DNA of 64,000 nucleotides, taken from the NCBI GenBank assembly GCA_040285855.1, contig JAUFOQ010000004.1, positions 248,001 through 312,000 on the forward strand, given 5' to 3'. The stretch is from Eukaryota sp. GEM-RC1. Its lineage: Eukaryota. Position 1 is the first letter of the stretch; each line of letters opens with the position of its first letter. Positions 38,086 through 50,778 of the stretch are shown one piece after another. The notes below the pieces were generated by a model. The model made no database searches, was not told the DNA's origin, and saw only the letters and a list, made by a program, of their open reading frames with translations. A program made the position numbers and the translations under genes.

Positions 38086-39108
38086 ATGGTTTCTTCCAAA
38101 ACTGCCCCAAATATAGCTCTTATCAAGTACTGGGGTAAGTCTGATCCTAAGACCAGTGCTCCCCATAACGATTCTCTCTCTTTAACATTGGATTTGAATA
38201 TTTTATGTTCCAGTTGTACAGTTACTTCTTCATCTCATGATTGTTTCTCGTTAAATGGCATGTCCACGTCAATCTCTCAACGTCTATCTGCACAACTTAA
38301 TCTGTGTCGTTCTTCGTCTTCTGTACAAACACCAGTAAGCATTTCTTCAACTAATTCCTTTCCCACAGCTGCTGGACTTGCCTCTTCAGCTTCAGGATAC
38401 GCTGCTGTTGCCCAGTGTCTCCACTCCTTCTACCAACTCTCCTCAGTCTCTTTGTCTCATCTCGCAAGACTTGGCTCTGGTTCTGCTTGTAGATCTGTCT
38501 TTGGTGGTTTGGTTCATTGGAAATCCTCCCCTCCTTTTGACTCCATCCAAATCCTCCCTCATAGCCACTATGTTCTATCCAACTTACGTTGTTTGATTCT
38601 AGTCTTCTCTGGAAGTCAGAAAGAGGTCCCGAGTACTCTTGGAATGTCCAGGACTATGGAAACGTCACCAGAGTTCCTCAATCGTAAGGAAAGAGCTCAT
38701 GAAAGACTGTCACGTCTCATTGATGCTTTTGAATCACATGATTATCAGACCATTTTTGATCTAACTATGATTGATTCTGATGACCTTCATTCAATGTGTC
38801 ATTCAACTATACCTCCAATTAACTACCTCAATGCCTCTTCTCAGAAGCTTATTACTGCTGTAAAGTCCATCAATGAGAGTTTTGGAGAGACTATAGTAGG
38901 GTATACATTTGATGCTGGACCAAATGGATTTGTTTTGTTTCATCAGAATTCTTTTAAGCAGGTGATTAGTGGATTGAGCTCTTATTACCCAGAACTTGCT
39001 GTTGTTGATAGTTTGGACTTTCAATCAAAGTTGAATGTTTCTGATGTTGTTGAAGGTATTTATTTGTCAAAAATAGGTGGTGATCCGTTAGTTGTCCATT
39101 CTGATTGA
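38086..39108 (+). CDS. MVD: Diphosphomevalonate decarboxylase
   Basis: NIALIKYWGK, NSFPTAAGLASSASG, ARLGSGSACRS and YTFDAGPN motifs. Confidence 0.96.
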   Translation: MVSSKTAPNIALIKYWGKSDPKTSAPHNDSLSLTLDLNILCSSCTVTSSSHDCFSLNGMSTSISQRLSAQLNLCRSSSSVQTPVSISSTNSFPTAAGLASSASGYAAVAQCLHSFYQLSSVSLSHLARLGSGSACRSVFGGLVHWKSSPPFDSIQILPHSHYVLSNLRCLILVFSGSQKEVPSTLGMSRTMETSPEFLNRKERAHERLSRLIDAFESHDYQTIFDLTMIDSDDLHSMCHSTIPPINYLNASSQKLITAVKSINESFGETIVGYTFDAGPNGFVLFHQNSFKQVISGLSSYYPELAVVDSLDFQSKLNVSDVVEGIYLSKIGGDPLVVHSD

Positions 39109-39821
39109 TTGATTTTAACTATCTAATGTAAACAGTAGAGTCCTCCTCGATTTTTAATCAATTAAATTATTTAATTTAATTTTTTGGAATCTTAATTGCT
39201 CTTTTTACTTCTACAGCATTGTACTATTGTACATGTAACTGGTTTTATGTCATGTATATTTATTTTTATTGTTTAATTTTATTGAATATTAAACTTTGTT
39301 CATTTCGTTTTAAGTAATTTTTGAAAATTAGAAACAAACTGACAGTAACATTTTGCATAATATACATTTTAAACAGATTGTTACAAGTCTGACAATGTGC
39401 CATTAGATATCATTAAAACAACACCCATCACTATCAACTCTTACAACGGCTTTGTCCTCACAAAAGGAACTTACTGTTGATAATGCTTTGGTGACATTTG
39501 TTTTGAACACAGTGAAAACTATATACAATGCCACCATACATTTGTATTTAATTAATGTTCAGAAGGACTGGTGTAAATGACAAGTAGACTAAGTGAAACC
39601 CACGTTTGCATTTGATCAAAAATCTGCTGAATGAAGAGCACCAGATTTTCAGTTTTCGATTACTGTAATACTAGAACATTTCTAAAAACACAGGATAGAA
39701 ACATCAATGATCTGTTTAATACCACTATTAATAGAACTTCACAGATTTAAGCTGACGATCCTGGAACAATTTGTTTACAAATCTACAGGTGAAAATTTAC
39801 AAATCTTTCTTTCGATTTACA

Positions 39822-40597
39822 ATGTCATCTCGACGTCAAAGACCTGCAGAATCCTTTGTGGGCTTGTTTGCAGGCTACGTCATCATTCTTTTCTGTTTCA
39901 CCATCCACATAGTAGGATTTCTTGTATGGCACACCACTATATCTGCCTTGTCTAACACATCTCTTTTGTTCACAGTATTTGTCCAGAGCATCTTCCACTA
40001 TCTTTTCATTGCTGCACTATGGTCTTATATCAAAGTAATCATTACAAATGGAGGATTTCCTGATGACTCTTGTAGAGTTGAGCCTGATAGATGGTGTACT
40101 AAATGTGAAGTTGGAAAGGACATCAGAACTCACCATTGCAGTGTCTGTAATCAATGTGTTCTTGAAATGGATCATCATTGTATATGGCTCTCCAGAGTAT
40201 GCTCCGTGTCTGATATTAATCCTAGTGTGTGGGACAGCGAAACCGTAAGTACTTCCTCCTATTCATAATATATGAAGCTTTCATGAACCTCTTTGTTGCC
40301 TTAACCTTAGGCTACATCTTCTTCTTCCGCAATGAAGTTATCTTTGTCTTTGGAGGGTATTTCTCAAGTGGATTACTTCTACTGCTGACTACAACCATGG
40401 CTGCTTGCTTAATTCCCTTCTCAGGATATCATCTATGGCTTGTGTCTAGGGGTTTGACAACTCTTGAACATATCTCATTTGGCTCAGCACATAAGAGGGT
40501 GGGATCGTCCGTGGAACAAAGGTTCACGGAGGAATCTAGTTTTAATGTTTGGTCATTTCCCAAAGTCTATACTTCCAGTAAAGGCGATTCCTGTTAA
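39822..40597 (+). CDS. DHHC palmitoyltransferase (intron 40197-40225)
   Basis: C..C...RTHHCSVCNQCVLEMDHHCIW. Splicing yields CVGQRNRKYF. TTLE motif. Confidence 0.92.
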
Positions 40598-41215
40598 TGT
40601 AAAGGTTGAAGTTAATGATATGGTGTAGTTTTCCAATTTTGGCGGATTTTTTAATGTATTAAGTATGATTTGTCAATTTTAAATGACTATTTTTTGAATT
40701 AAATCGATATCAGTTTTTAATACAGATTTACCTGAACCAGAAACATGTTGACACTATGTTCAATTCATTTGGGGTGCATACTCCCCAAAATCATTTTACC
40801 CCAAAAACTCTTCACCCCATAACCACATATCCCCAAACTGATACACTTATACCTTCTTTGATGGATTCCATACATCTTTTGATATCAAGTGTTGAGCTTC
40901 TTTCAAGATAGAGACGTGTTTGCAGGTATTCGTTCTTAGAATTGTGAACCGTGTTCAACCATGTCATGAATAAACTCAACGTTGTACAACCATCCTACAA
41001 CACATACACCACATTGACATCTTATCCTCCAAAGGAACACACTCAGGTTTGCTACAACTCTGATCGTGTAATACACTGCTGTGTCTTCAGTCATTTTTGA
41101 CTGCATTTTTCAATTCTATCAGATGCTATCTGGAATGAGACTAAGGTCAACGACATCAAGTCCATGAAGCTTCATTCATCAGAAGACACAAAGACACCAA
41201 GTTATAACTACATGT

Positions 41216-41740
41216 ACAACATTTGGTGATACAACATTTGTAACTACAACATTTGTAACTACAACATTTGTAATGACAACATTTGTAACTACAACATTTG
41301 GTGATACAACATTTGTAACTACAACATTTGTAACTACAACATTTGGTGATACAACATTTGTAACTACAACATTTGGTGATACAACATTTGTAACTACAAC
41401 ATTTGGTGATACAACATTTGTAACTACAACATTTGGTGATACAACATTTGTAACTACAACATTTGGTGATACAACATTTGTAACTACAACATTTGGTGAT
41501 ACAACATTTGTAATGACAACATTTGTAATGACAACATTTGGTGATACAACATTTGGTGATACAACATTTGTAACTACAACATTTGTAACTACAACATTTG
41601 TAACTACAACATTTGGTGATACAACATTTGGTGATACAACATTTGGTGATACAACATTTGGTGATACAACATTTGGTGATACAACATTTGGTGATACAAC
41701 ATTTGTAACTACAACATTTGTAACTACAACATTTGGTGAG
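41216..41740. repeat. Tandem array of 35 x 15 bp with an invariant ACAACATTTG core and three 5-nt variants
   Basis: Counted directly: GTGAT x16 (plus a final GTGAG), TAACT x15, TAATG x3. Exact 15-bp period. Confidence 0.97.
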
Positions 41741-41858
41741 AATCAATCTCAATCAACGTGTCCTATGTGTATTGAATTGTTGTTGCTCATAATTTTTTCT
41801 TCTATATATAATGTCGTTAAACACAACCAATAAAATATACAACCTCAGTTTATCAAAC

Positions 41859-42845
41859 TTAACTAACACTACTATATCCCCCCATCACCCTCGCAAACAT
41901 CACAGCCAACGAAAACGACTCCTTATATCCAATCCCACAACAATACTCACACATCACTTCACGAAATTCATCCAATATTCCCAAACAATGTTCATCACAC
42001 ATCACTTCATCATTTAAATCTAATATCGACACAACAAAAGTATTGGTCAACGACAACACATTAAAGTACTTGTCCCTATCATTCAAATGAAAACTCAAAA
42101 TTTTGGCCATTATTAAATTTAAATCTTTTAACAACTGAAGTTTCAATTTCATATTTGGAAGACAATCTGATGTTGTATCATTTTGGTTCCAGTGCAGTGG
42201 TACAATATTGTGGACAATTGTGAGAACCTTTGTTTCTGTCTGCATTCCAATACTATGAGTATTGTTCAAGTTGTTTTCAAAGTCTGTCTGAAGACCAAGT
42301 GAATTTGTTATTCTGTTGATAGATTCAGTGTCCTCATGATCTGTAACTTTTTTTGATAATTTCAAACTAGGTAAATTCGAATTTGGTTTGAGAGTATTTC
42401 GAGACAATAGATTTGGTCTCAATTTAGGCAAAGTAGTAACTGTTGTTTTTTTCAGTTTTGGCACAGGTTTGTGAAAAATTAAATCAGAATTGATGGCACT
42501 TATACTTTGATTATTGAAACAATCATCGTCATCATTCACAACAAAATCATTCATACTAGACGACGCATCGTCATCATCATCAGTTTCATCATCTCCACTA
42601 TCACTTCCAGAGACAACAACTTCATTATCGAATAATTCTAAAACTGAATCAGAAGTGGTATTCAAATTTTGAATTTTTGGAACATCTTCCACCAAATCTT
42701 CCTCAATTTCTTCATTGACTGGATCAAGAACATCAACAGTTTCCATACTTTCACCAACAATAGAAATAATATTGGACGAAAATTCATCAAAAGTTTTCAA
42801 CACAGAAGGCCAATTTCTAACAATTCTTTCATCTTCTAATGGCAA
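41859..42845 (-). CDS. Hypothetical acidic protein (start uncertain)
   Basis: 328-codon open frame in AT-rich DNA. No recognisable family. Confidence 0.4.
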   Translation of the reverse strand: MPLEDERIVRNWPSVLKTFDEFSSNIISIVGESMETVDVLDPVNEEIEEDLVEDVPKIQNLNTTSDSVLELFDNEVVVSGSDSGDDETDDDDDASSSMNDFVVNDDDDCFNNQSISAINSDLIFHKPVPKLKKTTVTTLPKLRPNLLSRNTLKPNSNLPSLKLSKKVTDHEDTESINRITNSLGLQTDFENNLNNTHSIGMQTETKVLTIVHNIVPLHWNQNDTTSDCLPNMKLKLQLLKDLNLIMAKILSFHLNDRDKYFNVLSLTNTFVVSILDLNDEVMCDEHCLGILDEFREVMCEYCCGIGYKESFSLAVMFARVMGGYSSVS

Positions 42846-42930
42846 AGGATAAAGAGGTTTAGTAACTGGTCGACAGGGGTGAAAAGTGGAATAATACCAC
42901 TGATAAAATTTTCTCGAGCACTATACTTTT

Positions 42931-45900
42931 GTGGATACAGATGAAGAAAGCCGCATTGTCGAAATTAAAGACCCTGAAACTAAACAAGTTGTACAACGGA
43001 AAGAAGTTTACCGACATCAGTTTACTGTATATCAAGATTTTTTCGAAAACAAAATTGAAACTATGAGTATGCTCATGTTCCAACTGTCATTTTGTGCCCA
43101 TTACCATTATGAACAAAAAAAAGAAAACAAAGATCTCTCTTTAATGTCTTTCTGTTTCCAGGCAATGGAATACTTAGTCTCATTGTCATGGTTGGCCTCA
43201 AATCATAGTGATTACAAGATGTTGTTAGAAAATTATCTTCAATGGAGACGACCTCCCCGCTATGTTTACAATTTCCCAAGCACTGTGACTTCACCAGAGG
43301 AACCAACGTGTACATTTACATCAATTGATTTTCCTAAAGTATGCTCTAAATTAGCACATTTGAAATCTTATGTCCGCGAAAGTGATATACTAACACAAAT
43401 TCTTCAAATTTTGACACTAAATGAACAGTGGAATAATACAGTTGACAGTAATGACGCCTACTTCCACTTGGTGTTTTCTTGCTTTCAGTTGATTTCAAAA
43501 GCACGTAACTGCCGTATTGCATTTGTTAATGAAGGAAAAGACACTTTTTATCAATTGTTTCGTGTTGTTGGTCAAAATCATGTCAAAGACAACAATATTA
43601 TTCCGTTTATTGTTTCTGGTCAAACAGGTTCCGGGAAATCTGTCTTAACTGGTGTTGTTGTGGTTATGGTTACTTTGAAACCAATCATTGTGTGTCAACC
43701 TAGAGTTCTACCAGCCACAAAACTCTCCGATTTTATCAATGATTTATGTCATAGTGATTTTCCTCTGTCTGGATACCGAACAGGCAACAAGAATACGAAC
43801 ATTCCAGTACATTCACCAAGATTTATCGAAGTTCAAACCGCTGCCTTCACTTCTAAATTTCTGACAAATAATAGCAATCTGTCTCGATTTGCAACTATCA
43901 TGGTGGATGAAGTTCATGAAAGAAAATGTGACATTGACATTTTATTAGCACAAATGAGAATAATTTCCCAAACTGATTCAAAATTGAGAGTGGTAATCTG
44001 TTCGGCAACTATGGACAAACCTAATCCTTGTTTTAATTACCTTACACAAGGAAATTATTTAGATACCGAACCCTCCTATACTATCCATGCAGCTGGAAGA
44101 ACCAATCCACTGATTGTCCTTGATGTGAATTTTGTTCGTCAAAATGAATTTCATTATAGTCCCTTAATATCAAAACTTGTGATAACTCCGATTTTTGAAC
44201 CTACACTTCAACAGGTTTTCAACGATCATTTTATTGATATTTACACTTATTTTGTCTTCAATGTGAACTCATACTACGACTATTTCACTCAACACTGTAA
44301 TCCTCTTTCATATAAAAGTATCAATTTCAGAGCGTTAGCCCGACTATGTCTCTGTTATTACTCCCTGTCTCAGAAACTTTTTCAGTTTGAACCAGAATGT
44401 ACAGGATTTACTTTGCTCGTGTTTCTTCCTGGAAGTCCAGAAATTACAACTCTCAGTAATATTATTGAGAATGAGTATGAGAGTCAGAAAAAAGTGGATC
44501 TGGTGGTCTATACATCCCAGCTTCTTCTGAGAAGCCAGGTGTGTATCCGTTGTATTCAAGTCTGGATTCAGTCCAACAAGATGCAGCTGTGGCTAAACCA
44601 GCGAAAAAACAATTTAAAATTGTCATTGCTACCAATATAGCAGAATCTTCCTTGACTATTGATGGGGTCAAATTTGTCATTGACTGTGGTTTGTCAAAGC
44701 AAACTGATGCAGATGACCTTCTCGACACTCATCATTGCTCCATTGCTTCTTTGGACCAGCGCTCTGGTCGTGCTGGAAGAAATTCTCCTGGACTTTCGTT
44801 ACGTCTTGTGCAGACAAACTTATATCCGAATGGAACTTCGAGATTGCATTTCGACGAACCAGAAATTCTAAATTGTTCGTTGATTGAGCCATTGTTAACA
44901 ATCAAACAGATCGCTGAAAATCCTCAATTTTTAATCAGTAATCGTCCAAATCCCCCTGAATTTTTTATCAGTCAACTGCCTGATGTTCCTTCTAGCGAGA
45001 ACATCATGTCTTCGGTTGATGTTCTTTTCCGCACTAATGTTCTTTCAAAAAACCAACTAAATTCTCCCCTTACTTATCTCGGAAAGATTTGCACCAATGC
45101 CAATATTTCATTCTACAACTTCAAGTTTTTATTTTTCTGTTTAACAAACAATTACCTGTGTCCTGGATTGATTCTTTTTGCGGGTATCAATTCTATGTCG
45201 TTCATTCGTTGCTCTCGTACAACTTTTATGTCATTTTACGATTTGTATACCTTTTCACAATCGATTCCTTTACTCAAACAACTCTCTACTATTGAAGAAT
45301 CTAAAGTTGTACGTTCAGACATGTTTTTCAAATTATCCTTGGTTCATTACATTTTATGTGGCGAATTTATTAAAAATCTGGATATTGTCCCAACACGTGA
45401 TCAAACCCTTAATGATCAAGCCCTTAAGAATTTATCTAAATTAGTTTTTTTGAAAAAACTAGAGCGATATTTAAATGAACTAAGATCTTTAGTTTCACGT
45501 TTCGTGGATATGGAAGATTCTAATACTCATCTCAAAAATCAATTAATATCATTGGAAGGCATTGCTCTAAAACTTGTCAATTTCATATCAAATCCTTCTG
45601 AAGTTACACTCAATAAGTTTCGAAATGAATCAACAATCTTCTCTTCTCTTTTGAATCTCCAAATTCAACGACGTCTCTCTTTCAAGCCATTGTGGCTTCT
45701 TATCCCAATAAGTCATTCCATTCAACTGTAGTAGACAATTCATTCTCAGTTAGGTTGAAGTTGGAAGGTTATGTCAATGGAAAAAAATTTAACAGCTTTA
45801 TAAAGAAATTGTTTGATGAACAAAAAATTGTCAAATCTTCCAAATCTCTAAAAGTTAATGACAGTGATGATGACAGTACTCGTTCAGAGACATTATGTTC

Positions 45901-48683
45901 AAAAGTTAAAATTACTTCAGATCTAGCTCCAGGTGAAACCGAAAGCACTGTTGTTATGTTGCATTCAGAGAATACAACTGAAATTGAAAATCTACTGTTT
46001 GTCAACAAGTGCCGTGGAACTCTTGATTCATTAAAAAATTTTTCTCTTACGTTCCATCTTGATTGGTATAGATTCATTATCAAATCACGATTCAATTTAT
46101 CAATGGCATTGAAAGTTGTCAATGACCCAGAATTTTGGAACATGTACAACCAATTGTTACAGTGGGGTAATATCGTACATTTGCATATACCAAGAAATTC
46201 TATTAAATTAACTTTCGACATTATGTCAAGTCCTTGTAGTGGTTTGACTCAATACACTCGTATTGATAATGAGTGGTCCAAGGAAGTTAAATGTGCCAAA
46301 TCACTGTTCCCTGTACCTACAGATCTAGGTTATCATAATGGTATTTCTGTTGGTGATAAGTTTCCACAATTCTTGTCTCATATTCCTTCTTCTTTTCAAT
46401 ACTTGTTCATCGTATGGCTCATGAACTTCAATATCAATTTGGTTTCGGAAATGGCAAAGCCATCTATCAAGGTTGGTACACCAATGCATTGTCAAGATTC
46501 GAGGTTCAAACAATTAATTGTATACAGTAATAAGCTGGATATTCGTGGATCTTTTGAGGTAAAACGTGTCTGGAATGTTTACTGGCCTTATCATGAGTTA
46601 CCAATCGAATCCACCTTTGGATGTATCAATCGATTACGTATTTTGGTATATTTAACGGAACAAGGTGAGGTTCCCATAACTGTGTTGAAATCATGGTATG
46701 ACAACATTATTATTCTTGATTTCAACTTACTGAAAAGTAACAGTCCACCAGTTACCGTGGATTATGTCAATGGAAGGAAACATCATTTCCAGTTACTAAA
46801 TTTCCAAGTCAATGATGAACAGGACCTGTTGATGTGCTTTGATCCTGCGTGTCCTTTATGTGCATCATCATGTACTACACTTAATGAAGTAGTAAATTCT
46901 GAAATTACCTTAGCCCAACACAAGGTTGAAGAACCTATGATCCCCGAAAACGCTGACCTTCCTGAACCCATGATTAGTGAAACTACTGCATTGCCCAGCT
47001 ACAAGTACTTTGGATTTGTCATCTTGGACTAAGTCGTATTGTACTGCCTCTTCTCATACTGCTAAATATTTAGGACAAAATGTTCAAATCTTAAATTTTA
47101 CACGTGAAGAAATGAGAACTTTCTATCTTGTTTTTTCATTTGAATCAAAAATTGCCATTGGAACGTTGAATATAGACAACGACGTTGTCGAAACTCTCCA
47201 TACAGAATTTTTTTCTGCTATTACTCCTACTCCTACTCCTGTGTTGAATGTTACATTACGATTTGTAGTCTACAACATTGATAAAGAACTCCGAAGGTTC
47301 AGTCGCAGTATTGATCAAGATAGACCACAGTGTAAACCATTTGACAATCAATTGACTATGTTTGCACTTCATCATCAATTGCTTTACCAGGCCATACTGA
47401 TTGCTTTTGAAGGGCCCATATTTATGATTCAATACAAGCCAAAAACAGACAAACAAAAGACTATTCGACGAGTATTACCGTTGCCGTTGGCCAGAGACAG
47501 TTTTGATTCTCAATGTATTGACATGGCTGCTGCAAAAATTGTTTTGTTGTCGCAACGAAGACTCTGTTGTTGATTATTTTTGTGCAGGAAGATGAAAAAA
47601 ATTGTGTTGATTGTTCAGATTTTTCAACATTAATGGATTTAAACATGTCTGAAATTGATCGTGATGAAGAATTCAAAAGTTTGAAGTGCTATGACGATTT
47701 CGTTCTAGTTGTCGGCACTTGTACAATCCGAAAGCTAAATTTGTTTGAAAGGGAGCTGCTTGGTGAACAACCTGTATGGGAACTTTGCTGCTGTCACAAA
47801 GATGACAGAATTATAGATGCAGTGTATGTTAAGCATTATGACACAATAATGTACATCACGGAATTTGGGTTCTGTGTTGGTTTCGGTTTGAAACTACCAA
47901 AGAAACAGATTCAATTTATTATTGATTGTTCAAGTGGTGAGTTAACAGGTCAACTGTTAAAAATCGATTTTTGCAATGATTTAAATTCTTTCATTGTTCT
48001 GAAAAGGATGGAACACTGTTAATGCTTTCAGCATTATCTGTGATTGGTATTTCTGGTGTACCATTAGAAGTTCATGATGTTCGTTATTGTGATTCAAAAA
48101 ATATTTACGAACAACGAAGTCTTGAACTACATGCTTTAACTGTTCAATCGACTCAACAAGTTCAACAAGTTGAGATTCCTGTTGTTGAAGAAAGTGCTCA
48201 TCCCATCGACATTGATACGACGAAAAGACTTCAGTTTCTTTCATCTAGATGGAATTTTGATGAAAAAATCAACAATGTGAAGCATTTGTTGACTATATTT
48301 GAGTTACAAAAGTTGTAATTACAACTGATTCAGTTGACAAAGTAAGGAAACTTTCAAGGCTTCGTCCTGAGATTTCTTTTAAAGTTGTGTCACTAGAGGG
48401 TGGAAAACCACGAAAGATTACATCAAGTCTGAAAACATTCGATGAACAGACTGGTCCTGTTTTATTGATCAGTACTACTCAATTAGCGGTTAACCATTCT
48501 GTTCGGGCTGATCTTTGTATAATCTTTGATCTGCCAAATGATGCCAGACATGTTTACAATTTGTATGAACATAATCAAAAAATCGTTGTCTTTTACGATT
48601 CTATCAGTGATAAGGACAAAAAGCAAAATTTGGAAAAACACTTCTTTAGACCCTCAGGATTGCAAGCACTTGATTTTATATAG
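42931..48683 (+). CDS. Large DEAH/RHA-type SF2 helicase with a long uncharacterised C-terminal extension (several frameshifts)
   Basis: GQTGSGKS, QPRVLPA, DEVHER, CSAT, VFLPG, ATNIAESSLTIDGV and QRSGRAGR motifs. Consecutive overlapping plus-strand ORFs continue to 48683. Joining beyond about 45730 is inferred. Confidence 0.75.
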
Positions 48684-49140
48684 TCTTTCAATAATTCATT
48701 GATGTTTTTTTATTATGTAGAACAATATACTTTATTACAATTTTTCTTTATTTATCAATCAACGAAGAAGTTGATTGATTGGGTTTATCTGGTCTAAATT
48801 TATAATTTATACCATGATTTTTCACATAAACTATGCTACCACATCTACACTGAATATGTAACAAATTGGTCTGGTTTTATATGTCACATTTTCTGACATA
48901 CTAAATCTGTAACAAATTTCTGTCAGATTTCAGGTGGATGAAATTCACGGATTGTTCTGTGTGTAATAACTATGTAACAAAACATTGGTATTCAGACTAC
49001 GTCTGACACAGTTCAAACTGCAAAATTGAACATTGTAATATTGTACAATTATTATTGTTTATTTGCTGTGTTATTCTTATATGTTTTACAAAATTATAAA
49101 TACATCTATATTGTACTATTTATTCTCTATCACTGTCAAT

Positions 49141-50664
49141 TCATTTTTTTAAAGTCTTTTCGATTCCAAAAGCACTTGCAGTGGTTTTAATTCTTCGTTT
49201 TCCTGTTTTTTTCCCTAAAACTTCATTTTCGTCTTCTGTCTTTAACGATTTGTTATCAAATTTTGTTGTTGAACCAATTACATTTTGTTCTGTCACCAAA
49301 TCAGGTTGTACACTCTGAAGTAGATCATACATAACAAGACATAGATTTTTTCTTGATCTGTTAGTGTATAATTTTGTCTGATTTTGTTCCTGACGTGCAT
49401 CAACCATTAATCCTTGTAAAATTAAAGTAACATTCAAACAGACAATCCATCCACAGATAAGAGACGATGTTGACTGTGCAAAAGGTATATAGTAGTCCAC
49501 CTTATACTCTGGTAATCTTGCAAACAGATTTGTTTCCCCACATCCATAAACAGTTCTAAAAGGATTAACGATTAATTCTGTGGTTAATGAATAATCCAAA
49601 GAATCATAAATATTGAATAATAAAACATTTGCTTCATTAAGAAACAATTCAATAAGAATCCAATGACCAGATCCTGCATCACCAGGAACATGTTCTTTCA
49701 CCAAACATAATGGGGCAAGAATTCTTTTTCCTGATTTTAGTGTATCGACAATAGCCTTACCAGAATGTAAGGCATAGCATATTGGATCACCAACCAACTG
49801 TTGAGTTTCTTGAGATTGCAGGAACTTGTACCTACTTGATTTAAATTTTTGGAATGCAAGCATCACAATGAAATCAAGTTCAGAACTCAACAAGAGTTGT
49901 GTTTTACCTTCCCTATCATCCTTTGTCAACATTTTCTCAATATCACTAAATTCAAATTTTAATTTTGAATTTATGTAAAACTGATCACTGATTAAATCTA
50001 CAGAAAGAATCAACGGGTTACGTTGTTTTTTGCGTTTCATAGGTTTAGATAAATTAGCATTATCACTGACTGGAACAGGAACTATTTCAGATGGTTCAGA
50101 GAAAATAGAATGAATATGATTGATTGCGAAGTTATCAATACGACGTTTTGGTGAAGGAAAAACGACTTGAGATGGAGTATCGTCAATGCGAGTAATGTCA
50201 CAATCATGTAAAAGAGCAGGAGATTGAGGCTGAGGAGGAGGAGGGGAAAGAGCAATTGTATCTCCTTTAACGTCTTTGAGTAGATCCTTAAGATGATTTA
50301 GAGTTGAAGTTGTTGAAGGAAGTGGAAGAGATATGTCACGCTTCTCATAAGAACCATCAAAAGGAAAGAGATGAACAGTTTCTAGATCAACATCTAGCAC
50401 AATGGCAACGGCTGATTTGTAGCTGAGGCAAAAATCCATGGTACCCTTTTTAAGATCATCTGGTAAGTCAGATGTTGACACTTCCGTTATGTGGATGGAT
50501 TTAGTTCTCCATGAATTGTATGTTCCATAAGGAAGAAGAACAAGTGACAAATTAACTGCATGCTTATCAGCAAGCTTTACAACAAGTTTCATATATGTTT
50601 TGATGGTACGGGAACGACTTTCTTGTTCAGAAGTATTTCTGAGTTTGAAGATTGAGTAGGACAT
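49141..50664 (-). CDS. Protein with a C-terminal Ulp1/SENP-like (C48) cysteine protease domain
   Basis: RILAPLCL...GSGHWILIE...IYDSL...AQSTSSLICG gives the His-Asp-Gln-Cys order of C48 proteases. Confidence 0.65.
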   Translation of the reverse strand: MSYSIFKLRNTSEQESRSRTIKTYMKLVVKLADKHAVNLSLVLLPYGTYNSWRTKSIHITEVSTSDLPDDLKKGTMDFCLSYKSAVAIVLDVDLETVHLFPFDGSYEKRDISLPLPSTTSTLNHLKDLLKDVKGDTIALSPPPPQPQSPALLHDCDITRIDDTPSQVVFPSPKRRIDNFAINHIHSIFSEPSEIVPVPVSDNANLSKPMKRKKQRNPLILSVDLISDQFYINSKLKFEFSDIEKMLTKDDREGKTQLLLSSELDFIVMLAFQKFKSSRYKFLQSQETQQLVGDPICYALHSGKAIVDTLKSGKRILAPLCLVKEHVPGDAGSGHWILIELFLNEANVLLFNIYDSLDYSLTTELIVNPFRTVYGCGETNLFARLPEYKVDYYIPFAQSTSSLICGWIVCLNVTLILQGLMVDARQEQNQTKLYTNRSRKNLCLVMYDLLQSVQPDLVTEQNVIGSTTKFDNKSLKTEDENEVLGKKTGKRRIKTTASAFGIEKTLKK

Positions 50665-50778
50665 GGGAAATTCTGGTACAGACTTTATTACAGATTTCGT
50701 TTTTTAACACGTGAATTCACACACACATGTCCATTACAGTCTGTGTGGGATTTCATTTTCCTTCCTCCTACAGTATAA

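Noticed and set aside
41216..41740. CRISPR-like array
   Set aside because: The variable part is only 5 nt with three recurring states, so there are no unique spacers. The context is eukaryotic and no cas genes are present.
41156..41833. Cys-rich metallothionein-like ORF (KCCSY)n and the opposite-strand (TTFGD)n ORF
   Set aside because: Open frames follow automatically from a stop-free 15-bp unit. There is no good start context or other support, so I did not call a CDS.
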